Positions 10,260 to 19,013 of a DNA stretch of 64,000 nucleotides are shown in pieces. The notes under the pieces are model-generated. The model saw only the letters and a list, made by a program, of their open reading frames with translations, ran no database searches and was not told where the DNA came from. Numbering within the stretch: position 1 is the first letter of the stretch; every line of letters begins with the position of its first letter. The stretch is from an uncultured delta proteobacterium (GTDB lineage: Bacteria; Desulfobacterota; Desulfuromonadia; Geobacterales; DSM-12255), in the NCBI GenBank assembly GCA_963787125.1, contig CAWBBV010000018.1:1-64000 (forward strand), written 5' to 3'. A program made the translations under genes and the position numbers.

Positions 10260-10970
10260 TTGACTGATTTTGCGAATATAGTTGAACTGAGAGGAGTTTC
10301 GAAATCCTACAGCCGCGGGAATCAGCGAGTGCCGGTGCTTGATGATATCAGCTTTGAAATAGCTGGCGGAGAATTTCTCGCCCTGATGGGGCCGTCCGGT
10401 TCCGGTAAAAGCACCCTCCTCAATCTGATTGCCGGGATTGATAAGCCTGATAGCGGGATTATTGCCGTAAACGGCATTGATATAACCAGACTCTCCGAAT
10501 CAGACCTTGCCAACTGGCGCGCCGCCAGTGTCGGCTTCATCTTTCAATTCTACAACCTCATCCCGGTGCTGACCGCTTTTGAAAATGTCGAACTGCCGCT
10601 CCTCTTGACCGGTCTTTCCAGACGCAAGCGCAAAGAGCATATTGAAATGGTGCTGTCGCTGGTGAACCTGAGTGACAGGATGGATCATTACCCTTCAGAA
10701 CTCTCCGGCGGCCAGCAGCAGCGGGTAGCCATTGCCAGGGCCATGGTTGCTGATCCGGCGATACTGGTCGCTGATGAACCTACCGGCGATCTTGACCGGA
10801 ACTCTGCCGGTGAAATTCTCTCCCTGATGGACCGGCTCGTCACTGATTTCGGCAAAACCATCATTATGGTGACCCATGATCCGAAAGCGGCTGAAAAGGC
10901 CGGGCGGATTGTTCACCTAGAAAAAGGTGAGCTGGTTTCGGCGCTTACTCCTGCAGCTCACCCCCGCTAA
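10260..10970 (+). CDS. ABC transporter ATP-binding protein (LolD/MacB-type)
   Basis: GPSGSGKS, LSGGQQQR, ADEPTGDLD. Confidence 0.95.
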   Translation: MTDFANIVELRGVSKSYSRGNQRVPVLDDISFEIAGGEFLALMGPSGSGKSTLLNLIAGIDKPDSGIIAVNGIDITRLSESDLANWRAASVGFIFQFYNLIPVLTAFENVELPLLLTGLSRRKRKEHIEMVLSLVNLSDRMDHYPSELSGGQQQRVAIARAMVADPAILVADEPTGDLDRNSAGEILSLMDRLVTDFGKTIIMVTHDPKAAEKAGRIVHLEKGELVSALTPAAHPR

Positions 10971-10974
10971 GTCG

Positions 10975-12132
10975 ATGTTCTACCTGAAACTGATCATCCG
11001 CAATGCGCTCCGCCACAAACTCCGTGCCGTGCTGACCGTTGTCGGCGTCGCTATCGCCATCCTTGCCTTCGGTCTCTTGCGCACTCTGGTCAGCCTTTGG
11101 TATCTCGGCGTCGAAGCCTCCTCCGCCTCACGACTGGTCACCCGCAGTTCCATCTCCCTGGTCTTCTCCATGCCGATCTCCTACAAAGAGAGAATCCGTC
11201 ATATCCCAGGGGTCGCCGATGTCAGCACCATGAACTGGTTTGGTGGTGTTTATGTGTCGGAAAAGAACTTCTTCCCCAATTTTGCTGTCGAGCCGAAAAG
11301 TTTTTTGCGGTTGTATCCGGAATTTATTATCGAAGAAGCGCAGAAGAAGAATTTCCTGTCTGACCGCCGCGGCGCAGTTGCCGGCAGAAAGCTGGCGCTC
11401 AAGCATGGCTGGAAGATTGGCGACCGGATAACCCTCAAAGGGACGATCTTCCCTGGCGAGTGGGATTTTGTGCTGCGGGGGATTTATTCCGGGGCGCAAA
11501 AAAGCACTGATGAAACCCAGTTTTTCTTCCAGTGGGACTATCTGAACGAAAGAATGCGTCAAACCGTGCCAAGGCGGGCTGATCAGGTCGGTATCTATGT
11601 CGTTGGTGTTGCCAGACCGGAACAGGCGGCAGAGGTCGCCGAGGGGATCGATGCAACTTTCAAAAACTCTCTGGCGGAAACCCATACTGAAACGGAAAAA
11701 GCCTTTCAACTCAGCTTTGTCGCCATGACCGAAGCAATCATGATCGCCATCCAGATCGTCTCCTATGTGGTGATTGTCATCATCATGGTTGTTGCTGCCA
11801 ACACCATGGCCATGACTGCCCGGGAGCGGATTGCCGAGTACGCCACCATGAAAGTGCTCGGGTTCAAGTGGTATCATCTTGCCGGCACGGTCTTTGGTGA
11901 ATCCCTCTTCATCGCCCTGTTGGGCGGACTGACAGGCGTTCTCTTGACATTTCCGGCGGCGAGTTGGCTGGAAAGCTCCCTGTCCCAGTTTTTTCCGGTC
12001 TTTCAGGTTGCCCGTTCAACAATCCTGCTGCAGTTTGCCGCCGCCGCAGTCGTTGGCGTCGTTGCCGGGATTTTTCCGACCTGGCGCGGGGCAACCATCC
12101 GGATTGCGGAAGGTTTGCGGCGGATCGGGTGA
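10975..12132 (+). CDS. ABC transporter permease (MacB/FtsX-type)
   Basis: 1 TM + periplasmic domain + 3 TM; ERIAEYATMKVLGF motif. Confidence 0.9.
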   Translation: MFYLKLIIRNALRHKLRAVLTVVGVAIAILAFGLLRTLVSLWYLGVEASSASRLVTRSSISLVFSMPISYKERIRHIPGVADVSTMNWFGGVYVSEKNFFPNFAVEPKSFLRLYPEFIIEEAQKKNFLSDRRGAVAGRKLALKHGWKIGDRITLKGTIFPGEWDFVLRGIYSGAQKSTDETQFFFQWDYLNERMRQTVPRRADQVGIYVVGVARPEQAAEVAEGIDATFKNSLAETHTETEKAFQLSFVAMTEAIMIAIQIVSYVVIVIIMVVAANTMAMTARERIAEYATMKVLGFKWYHLAGTVFGESLFIALLGGLTGVLLTFPAASWLESSLSQFFPVFQVARSTILLQFAAAAVVGVVAGIFPTWRGATIRIAEGLRRIG

Positions 12133-12284
12133 GGCACTATGGCTGAATGTCCCGGTCACCGGCTATTTATCCTCGGGTGACTGGTCCTGCCGCTCCGTAT
12201 TATGTGTTTTTTAATGTTTTGCGGGTGTGTTACAAGAATTTGTGTAATGTTGTCAGGGCTGAAGCGGCATCGGTTTTTAATAAT

Positions 12285-12358
12285 CACGAACTAAATATTC
12301 CACTCTGGCAGTTATCCAGTTCACGCGTGCGTGTGAACTGGATAATAAGTTGTTAGAA
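12285..12358 (+). repeat. attC-like inverted repeat (decayed)
   Basis: 13-bp perfect IR TTATCCAGTTCAC (12312-12324) / GTGAACTGGATAA (12333-12345), bounded by CACGAAC and GTTAGAA core-like sites. Confidence 0.55.
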
Positions 12359-12373
12359 GAAAGAAGAGGCACC

Positions 12374-12487
12374 ATGACGAAAAACACTAGAACGGTTATT
12401 CCTACGATACTAATTGCGTTTATATTATCTTTGATGGTAACTGCCTTGGCTACTCATCGAACAGCAAATCAGGGCATTCATTATTGA
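12374..12487 (+). CDS. 37-aa hydrophobic ORF, possibly a truncated cassette gene
   Basis: AGAGG RBS and ATG shortly after the GTTAGAA site; MTKNTRTVIPTILIAFILSLMVTALATHRTANQGIHY. Confidence 0.35.
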   Translation: MTKNTRTVIPTILIAFILSLMVTALATHRTANQGIHY

Positions 12488-12534
12488 TAAGTTAAATACC
12501 TTTTAAATGCCCAACAAGGCTCCTGATGCGGCTC

Positions 12535-12831
12535 TTAATGGGCAGCTTCGGCATGAAGTTTGAGGCCGAGTGCCGCAACGATTTTGAGAATCGTATCGAA
12601 TCCAGGAATACGCTCCCCTGAAAGCGCCTTGTAAAGGCTTTCGCGAGAGAGGCCGGCGTCGCGCGCAACCTGAGACATTCCTTTGGCACGCGCGATGTCA
12701 CCAAGTGCCTTGGCGATGAAAGCGGCATCACCATTAGCCTCTTCGAGGCTTGCTTCAAGATAGGCGGCCATTTCCTCCGGAGTTCGGAGATGTTCAGCGA
12801 CGTCATAGCGACTGGTAACGGTTTTTGGCAT
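12535..12831 (-). CDS. addiction-module antidote protein (HTH antitoxin, HigA-like)
   Basis: ALGDIARAKGMSQVARDAGLSRESLYKALSG signature; downstream of the toxin gene. Confidence 0.9.
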   Translation of the reverse strand: MPKTVTSRYDVAEHLRTPEEMAAYLEASLEEANGDAAFIAKALGDIARAKGMSQVARDAGLSRESLYKALSGERIPGFDTILKIVAALGLKLHAEAAH

Positions 12832-12840
12832 GTTCAACTC

Positions 12841-13131
12841 CTAAAGATTGCTGGCAAGGCGTATTGCAACCTTGATATCAGCGGTTTGACTACTCTTATC
12901 GCCACCGGCCAAAAGAATAATCAGTTCGTTGCCGCGTTTTATGAAGTACACCCGGTAACCGGGGCCATAGTCGATCCGCAGTTCCGAGATACCTTCACCG
13001 ACCGGCTTGACGTCCCCTGCGTTTCCGGAGGCAAGGCGCTCAATCCTTACCAGGACGCGAGCCTTTGCCTGAACATCGCGAAGGTTATCAAGCCATTTGG
13101 TAAACAGGTCGGTTTTGCGAATTTCTACCAT
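12841..13131 (-). CDS. addiction-module killer protein (RelE/ParE/HigB-like toxin)
   Basis: GDVKPVGEGISELRIDYGPGYRVY...LLAGGDKSSQ signature. Confidence 0.9.
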   Translation of the reverse strand: MVEIRKTDLFTKWLDNLRDVQAKARVLVRIERLASGNAGDVKPVGEGISELRIDYGPGYRVYFIKRGNELIILLAGGDKSSQTADIKVAIRLASNL

Positions 13132-13137
13132 AAGTAT

Positions 13138-13166
13138 ACTGTATCCTTGCGGCTACATGTTGTCAA
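13138..13166 (-). promoter_or_regulatory. sigma70 promoter with overlapping operator for the TA operon
   Basis: TTGACA-N17-TACAGT on the minus strand, overlapped by the near-palindrome TGTAGCC-N4-GGATACA. Confidence 0.7.
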
Positions 13167-13201
13167 ATAGTAAGTTAATTTGTGGAGAAGATGCCCAACA
13201 A

Positions 13202-13576
13202 TCGGCAAGACCCGCCAAGGGCGGGTCAGCCTCACTACCGTGTGCGCCCAGCATGGCGCGTGGCGCGTAACCGCCGGACTGGTGCAGGAAACCGCTGCGT
13301 GGCGTTGGGGCAGCACCGGGGCTCACTTGTCAGGAAGCAATGACGAACTGGTTACAGTTGCGCCCCTTCTGGACATGGCCGGTGACTGGCGGTTATTTCT
13401 CAAAGGTGCAGGAGAAGACGCACTGATCAACGAAATCCGGAAGCATGAACGAACCGGAAGACCGCTTGGTCGGGAAGGCTTTGTTGAACAGCTGGAAACG
13501 GCTCTTGAGCGCCCCCTGAAAAGGGGGAAGCCGGGACCTAAGGGGCATGAGAGTTAAGTATGTGTCCCCAGAATTC
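13202..13576 (+). pseudogene. C-terminal fragment of a REP-associated tyrosine transposase (RAYT)
   Basis: AGLV...WRWGS.GAHL...IRKHERTGRPLG...KPGPK; the N-terminal HUH region is absent. Followed by TAAGTATGTGTCCCCAGAATT. Confidence 0.7.
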
Positions 13577-13684
13577 TTGGTACCTTTCGTCGAAAATGAC
13601 AGAGAGATTTTCCTGAAGACGATAATCCCAAGTCGAGTTGCCACTAAAAAATATCTCACAGAGGGAACAAACCATGAAAGCTAA
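13577..13684 (+). pseudogene. 3' remnant of a BrnT-like toxin
   Basis: Translates LVPFVENDREIFLKTIIPSRVATKKYL, has no start codon, and overlaps the antitoxin start. Confidence 0.65.
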
Positions 13685-13989
13685 AGAGATAAAATATGAA
13701 GAGAATATCCTTGCATCCTTCGAAAGGGGAGAATGGCAGTCTTTGCCAGATTTCAAGGACGAGATAGCCCGTTACACGGCAACTGCTGCCTCTACACTTG
13801 CGAATCAACATTCGTCTTTCTTCGCGGGACCTGGAGGATGTTCAAACGCGAGCAGCAGAGGAAGGGATGCCATACCAGACGCTGATAGCCAGTGTTTTAC
13901 ATAAATTTGTAAGTGGTCGACTTATTTATTCTCCACCACGTCCATCTATGCACTCATCCGGACGCGCAAAAAAACTACGCGTCGGTTAA
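13674..13989 (+). pseudogene. frameshifted RHH/BrnA-like antitoxin
   Basis: MKAKEIKYEENILASFERGEWQS... shifts frame near 13800 into RINIRLSSRDL...GMPYQTLIASVLHKFVSG. Confidence 0.75.
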
Positions 13990-14002
13990 GCGTTCATAAG
14001 CA
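13940..14002 (+). repeat. degenerate attC-like element
   Basis: GTCCATC...CCGGACGCGC-AAAAAAACT-ACGCGTCGG... imperfect hairpin at the 3' end of the antitoxin remnant. Confidence 0.45.
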
Positions 14003-14026
14003 GTACCTGCAACTAAAGCCCCAGAG

Positions 14027-14809
14027 GTGCACATAATGTTTGTCGTTGCCATTTACGGTTGGCGTGAAGAGACACCTGAGCTGGTGCAGGCCCTGGCCGG
14101 TGCACTTGGTATTATGGCGTTCGAGGCGCGGCAGCGTTTGATCGGCGGCGGACCGTCCGTGGTGGCAAGTTTTGCGGACCAGCAGCAGGCGAGTCGGTTG
14201 GCGGAAAAAGTGGTGAGTTGCGTCGGTATCAAGGCCTTGATTGTTGATGCCACGGCGGTGCGGTTGCGGGACGGTTTTTTTAGCGTGCGCCGCTTCAGAT
14301 TTGAAGAGTGCGAGCTGATAATAGAGGCTCACAATGGCCGGCAAGAAGCGCTCCCTTATGCAGAGATGAAGCTGTTCATTTCGGGTACCAGCGTAGTAAA
14401 CTCTAGCGAGACAAAGACGATTGTGGAGAAAAAGTTCAGCCTGGGCAAGACATTGCTTGCCGGCGGCATCCCCATGACCAAGAAGGTTGAGCGTCAGGAA
14501 GAGGTGGTGAGCGAGGAGAGTGACCAGATCCTCTTTCTTTATGCCACCGACCGTCCAACGGCGGTCTTCAGTTTGAACGGCTTGAATTACGACGGTTTCG
14601 GGGCAGAGATGAAGCTGTCGAGAAATCTGAATTTCTCTCATTTCATCAGTCAGCTGCGGCTGCATGCCCCGGGAACCGCAGGCAACGACCGGCTGCTGAT
14701 CAGGATTAACCAGGTACGCCTGCTGGGCCCAGCCCAAGGCCGTGAGGCCAGTCTGGATCTTGCTGCCGAGATCCTTGCCCGGTGCCTGTTGGCAGGCAGT
14801 GGTTGTTAA
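14027..14809 (+). CDS. hypothetical protein
   Basis: 260-aa ORF with plausible composition; no family recognised. Confidence 0.7.
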   Translation: MHIMFVVAIYGWREETPELVQALAGALGIMAFEARQRLIGGGPSVVASFADQQQASRLAEKVVSCVGIKALIVDATAVRLRDGFFSVRRFRFEECELIIEAHNGRQEALPYAEMKLFISGTSVVNSSETKTIVEKKFSLGKTLLAGGIPMTKKVERQEEVVSEESDQILFLYATDRPTAVFSLNGLNYDGFGAEMKLSRNLNFSHFISQLRLHAPGTAGNDRLLIRINQVRLLGPAQGREASLDLAAEILARCLLAGSGC

Positions 14810-14880
14810 CTGAATCAGTAGTCCTGACTGACGGTAATTGAAATGTTGAGACCGGAATTTTTTTGAAAGGAGATGGTGAA

Positions 14881-15462
14881 ATGAAGCTGATTCTTTTGAT
14901 TGCTCTACTGTCTGTTCTTACGGGGTGCATAACAACCTATCGGGATTTCCCGGTGGATGCGCTGGACAGGAAACTGCAAGCCGGGACGTGTGCAGTCATG
15001 CAGTATAATGTCAAAAGGTTTGACGTGCTGGATGCAGGAGGTTACACCGAGCTTCAGAATGTGTTGAGGAATCCCGGATTTTGCAAGAAGATGGTTTCGG
15101 TCGGCGCGGTTCCAGAAAAGGGACTTTATCTTGAAGTCGAAACAAAGTGGAAGCCGTTAACGATGCCGGCGCTCATTTTTGGCTACATTTCCGTCTCGAC
15201 ACTGACGCTGCTGCCTGCGTGGAGCACCCACGACGGCTACAACGTCAAGTATAGTGTTTACCTGGATGGACAGGAGAAAGAGTCATACCAGTATGAGATA
15301 ACAAGAAAAATGGGCCTTTGGCTGGGTCTATTGCCGTTTGTCTGGATCAATGCATTAACATATAGCGAAGAAGACGCCTTTAAAGCCACGGCGTATCAGT
15401 TTTCGTCCGACGCGCAAATCTATTTGCGACCAAAAACAGCAGTAGAAGTCGTCAGGCCCTAG
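14881..15462 (+). CDS. putative lipoprotein
   Basis: MKLILLIALLSVLTGC lipobox; internal hydrophobic segments. Confidence 0.75.
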   Translation: MKLILLIALLSVLTGCITTYRDFPVDALDRKLQAGTCAVMQYNVKRFDVLDAGGYTELQNVLRNPGFCKKMVSVGAVPEKGLYLEVETKWKPLTMPALIFGYISVSTLTLLPAWSTHDGYNVKYSVYLDGQEKESYQYEITRKMGLWLGLLPFVWINALTYSEEDAFKATAYQFSSDAQIYLRPKTAVEVVRP

Positions 15463-15466
15463 AGAG

Positions 15467-16633
15467 ATGCCGATTCCTGTCTCCTACAGTTTCCGCAATC
15501 TCTGGACGCGGCGGATGACTACCGTACTGACCGCTGCCGGTATGGCAATGGTGGTCTTTGTCTTTGCGGCGACCTTGATGTTGGCGGATGGTTTGCAGAA
15601 GACACTGGTAGAAACCGGCTCTCCGGATAATGTTGTGGTTATCCGCCGGGCTGCCCAGTCGGAGGTGCAAAGCGGCGTTGAGCGGCTGCAGGCGTCAATT
15701 GTGGAGACAAGTCCTGAAGTTGCCTTGGGGGCTGACGGCCGGCCGCTTTTGGCTAAAGAGCTGGTTGTGCTGATCAATCTGCCGAAAAGAGGTTCCAAAA
15801 AACCGTCAAATGTCGTCATTCGCGGCATAGGGGGGGCTTCCCTGGCGATCAGGCCACAAGTCAGGTTGGTTTCAGGGCGGATGCCGCGTCCCGGCTCTTC
15901 CGAAATTCTGGCAGGCCAGGGGATTGCGCAGCGTTTTGAAGGGGCAGGGCTTGGTGAGCACTTGCGTTTTGCCATGCGTGATTGGACTGTTGTCGGGATC
16001 TTCGCTGCCGGAAGTACCGGGTTCTCCTCCGAAATATGGGGAGATGCCGATCAGTTAATGCAATCATTCCGGCGTCCGGTCTACTCTTCCGTCACCTTCA
16101 GGCTCAAGGACAGCCGCAGGTTCGATCTGTTTAAAACGGCTCTGGAGAGTGATCCTCGTATGACGGTGGAAGCGAAAAGAGAAACGAAATATTATCTCGA
16201 TCAATCGGAAGCGATGGCGAAATTTCTCCGGATTCTGGGCATGGCGCTGACGATCATTTTTTCGCTTGGAGCCGTCATAGGCGCCATGATTACCATGTAT
16301 GCGGCGGTTGCCAACCGGGTTGTGGAGATCGGGACGCTACGGGCGCTCGGTTTTCAGCGCCGGAGCATTCTGCTGGCGTTTGTCATGGAATCGCTTTTTC
16401 TCGGGTTGCTCGGGGGCGCTTCCGGGCTCTTCGCCGCGTCATTTCTGCAGCTGCTGACCATTTCCACCATGAACTGGCAATCATTTGCCGAGCTTGCGTT
16501 TTCTTTTTCCCTTTCCGGCGGCGTCGTTGTAAAATCGCTTCTCTTTTCCATGTTCATGGGCCTGGTTGGCGGCCTGCTGCCCGCTTTTCGGGCGGCGCGG
16601 ATGAACATCGTTGATGCGCTCAGGGCTAATTAA
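15467..16633 (+). CDS. second ABC transporter permease (MacB/FtsX-type)
   Basis: RVVEIGTLRALGF motif; same topology as 10975-12132. Confidence 0.9.
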   Translation: MPIPVSYSFRNLWTRRMTTVLTAAGMAMVVFVFAATLMLADGLQKTLVETGSPDNVVVIRRAAQSEVQSGVERLQASIVETSPEVALGADGRPLLAKELVVLINLPKRGSKKPSNVVIRGIGGASLAIRPQVRLVSGRMPRPGSSEILAGQGIAQRFEGAGLGEHLRFAMRDWTVVGIFAAGSTGFSSEIWGDADQLMQSFRRPVYSSVTFRLKDSRRFDLFKTALESDPRMTVEAKRETKYYLDQSEAMAKFLRILGMALTIIFSLGAVIGAMITMYAAVANRVVEIGTLRALGFQRRSILLAFVMESLFLGLLGGASGLFAASFLQLLTISTMNWQSFAELAFSFSLSGGVVVKSLLFSMFMGLVGGLLPAFRAARMNIVDALRAN

Positions 16634-16651
16634 TCAATATCAGAGGTAACT

Positions 16652-17395
16652 ATGTTTTCATTACACAAACGCTCAGAAGTCCTGATTCTGCTCATGCTGC
16701 TTGTCTCGCTTATTTTATACGGACTTGAGTACCTTCTTTTCGGCCAGGTTCGTGAAATCGGCTTCGGTTTTCTCGGTAACCTTGCCTTTCTGCCGATATA
16801 TGTCCTGTTTGTGACCTTTATGATCGAGCGGATTCTCAAGCAGCGCGAAAAGGATGTTCTTCGCCAGAAGATGAACATGGTTATCGGAGTTTTTTTCAGT
16901 GAGGTAGGGACACCGTTTCTGAAAGACGGTTTTAAGTTTCTGGTCGACAAGGATGGGTTGGCAGCGCGGGTAAAAATCTCTGCGCTCTGGAGTAGTGCGG
17001 ATTTCAGGGCGCTGTCACTTTTTCTGGATAGCGGCGAGATGAAAATGGAGAGCAGACTTTGCAGTATGGACTGCCTCAAAGGGTTTCTGTTGGCCCGGCG
17101 CAATTTCATGCTGGGGCTGCTGGAAAACCCCAATCTGCTTGAGCACGACGGCTTCACCGAACTTCTCTGGGCGGTATTTCATCTTCTTGAAGAGCTGCAA
17201 GCGCGAGAAAAACTGACCGGGCTCCATGAAGCAGACCTGGATCACCTGTCCGGTGATATCCGGCGTGCCTATACCAACCTCCTCAAACAGTGGGTGGTCT
17301 ATCTGCAGCATCTTAAAAGTGATTATCCGTATCTTTACTCATTGGCCGTCAGGAACAACCCGCTTGATCCTGATGCCCGGGTGGAGCTAGGGTAG
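16652..17395 (+). CDS. hypothetical membrane protein
   Basis: Two N-terminal TM segments; GAGG RBS. Confidence 0.75.
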   Translation: MFSLHKRSEVLILLMLLVSLILYGLEYLLFGQVREIGFGFLGNLAFLPIYVLFVTFMIERILKQREKDVLRQKMNMVIGVFFSEVGTPFLKDGFKFLVDKDGLAARVKISALWSSADFRALSLFLDSGEMKMESRLCSMDCLKGFLLARRNFMLGLLENPNLLEHDGFTELLWAVFHLLEELQAREKLTGLHEADLDHLSGDIRRAYTNLLKQWVVYLQHLKSDYPYLYSLAVRNNPLDPDARVELG

Positions 17396-17455
17396 GGGGA
17401 GAGTGCTTGTGGTTTGTTTGATCTGGTGTTGATTTGTTATGAGACGCGCTGACAG

Positions 17456-17650
17456 TTATGGGTAGAAATGATGTTCGGCGTAGAATGCTTCCAGGTTAAG
17501 TTTGACGTTGGCAATATCAGTTACTGCCGCAGAGTTATAGCTTTTCTGCCGGTAATTTTCAATCTGGGGGATTGCAATTACCGCCAGAATACCGATTATC
17601 GAAACAACAATCAGCAGTTCAAGCAGGGTGAAGCCTTTTCTGTTCAGCAT
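17456..17650 (-). CDS. short type IVa pilin (PilA-N-like, 58-aa mature)
   Basis: Prepilin cleavage site KG|FTLLELLIVVSIIGILAVIAIP with E5; ends ...YAEHHFYP; GGAG RBS. Confidence 0.85.
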   Translation of the reverse strand: MLNRKGFTLLELLIVVSIIGILAVIAIPQIENYRQKSYNSAAVTDIANVKLNLEAFYAEHHFYP

Positions 17651-17931
17651 CTTCAATCTCCACAGGTGTGCCGACAAGCCATTTCGTCCAGCTTGCTTTC
17701 AAGTGCATCTTTCGTAACTCATTAACAAGATACTCAACTTTTACTAGTTCCTGCAATGAGAAAATTGTCGAGGTGCCTGCTTTTCAATCTCGTGCGCCTC
17801 ATGTCGTTCATGTGAATGCGATTTGCCTCGGGGCAGGCAATCCTTTTAAGGTAACGATTGCCTTTTATTTGTTGATGCTATAAATTACCTTTCCTTTCAA
17901 TCCTCCACTTATCAATTCAAACGAGGCACAT

Positions 17932-19011
17932 ATGCCGGACAAGCAACAGACTCTTGCAACGCTGCGTGATTCCATCGATACGATTGACAACCGGATCATG
18001 GGACTCCTTAATGAGCGGGCTCATCTGGTTAAAGAGGTCGGTCAGCTGAAGCAGGCCGAAAGTCGGGAATTTCATGTTCCCAACCGGGAACGGGAGATTT
18101 ACGAGCGGCTGACTGCCGTTAATCCCGGTCCCTTTCCGAATGAGGCGCTGCGGAGTGTCTTCAGGGAGATTATCTCTGCTTCGCTGGCTCTGGAAGCACC
18201 GATGCGCGTTGCGTTTCTCGGCCCGAAGGCGACTTTTTCACACCTTGCAACCATGCAGCAGTTTGGTCTATCCGCAGAACTTGTGCCGCAGAAATCAATA
18301 CCGGCTGTTTTCGAAGAGGTGGAGAAAGATCGGACTCTCTACGGGGTTGTCCCGGTTGAAAATTCCACCGAAGGGGTTGTTTCCCACACGCTTGACATGT
18401 TCATGGAGAGCGAACTGAAGATCCGTGCCGAAATGCTCCTGGAGGTTTCCCACTTTCTGCTTTCCCGCACCGGGCGGATGGAGGATATCAAGAAAGTCTA
18501 CTCCCATCCGCAGCCGCTTGCCCAGTGCCGTAAATGGCTTGAGGAGAATCTGCCCCATATCCCGTTGGTTGATGTCGCTTCAACAACAATGGCTGCCCAG
18601 ATTGTCAGCGAGGATTATTCCGCTGCGGCTATTGCCAGTCAGTATGCCGCATCGGTTTACGATCTGAAGGTGGTGAGAGAGCGGATTGAGGATCAGGTCA
18701 ACAACTTTACCCGGTTTCTGATCGTCGGCAAAAAACTGGCTGATGTGAGCGGGGACGACAAAACCTCGCTGATGTTTGCGGTCAAGGATGAGCCGGGGAT
18801 TCTCTATCGGATGCTGGAACCTTTTGCCAGCAGAGGGGTGAACCTCTGCAAAATCGAGTCGCGTCCCATGAAGAAAAAGGCGTGGGAGTATATCTTCTTC
18901 CTCGATCTTGTCGGCCACATCTCTGATCCGAAGGTTGCAGCTGCTGTGCAGGAGCTGAAAGGCTACTGCCAGTTTGTCAAACTACTTGGATCTTACCCGA
19001 GGGCGAAATAA
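17932..19011 (+). CDS. pheA: chorismate mutase/prephenate dehydratase
   Basis: CM domain, PVENSTEG, NFTRF and ACT IESRP motifs. Confidence 0.97.
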   Translation: MPDKQQTLATLRDSIDTIDNRIMGLLNERAHLVKEVGQLKQAESREFHVPNREREIYERLTAVNPGPFPNEALRSVFREIISASLALEAPMRVAFLGPKATFSHLATMQQFGLSAELVPQKSIPAVFEEVEKDRTLYGVVPVENSTEGVVSHTLDMFMESELKIRAEMLLEVSHFLLSRTGRMEDIKKVYSHPQPLAQCRKWLEENLPHIPLVDVASTTMAAQIVSEDYSAAAIASQYAASVYDLKVVRERIEDQVNNFTRFLIVGKKLADVSGDDKTSLMFAVKDEPGILYRMLEPFASRGVNLCKIESRPMKKKAWEYIFFLDLVGHISDPKVAAAVQELKGYCQFVKLLGSYPRAK

Positions 19012-19013
19012 TC

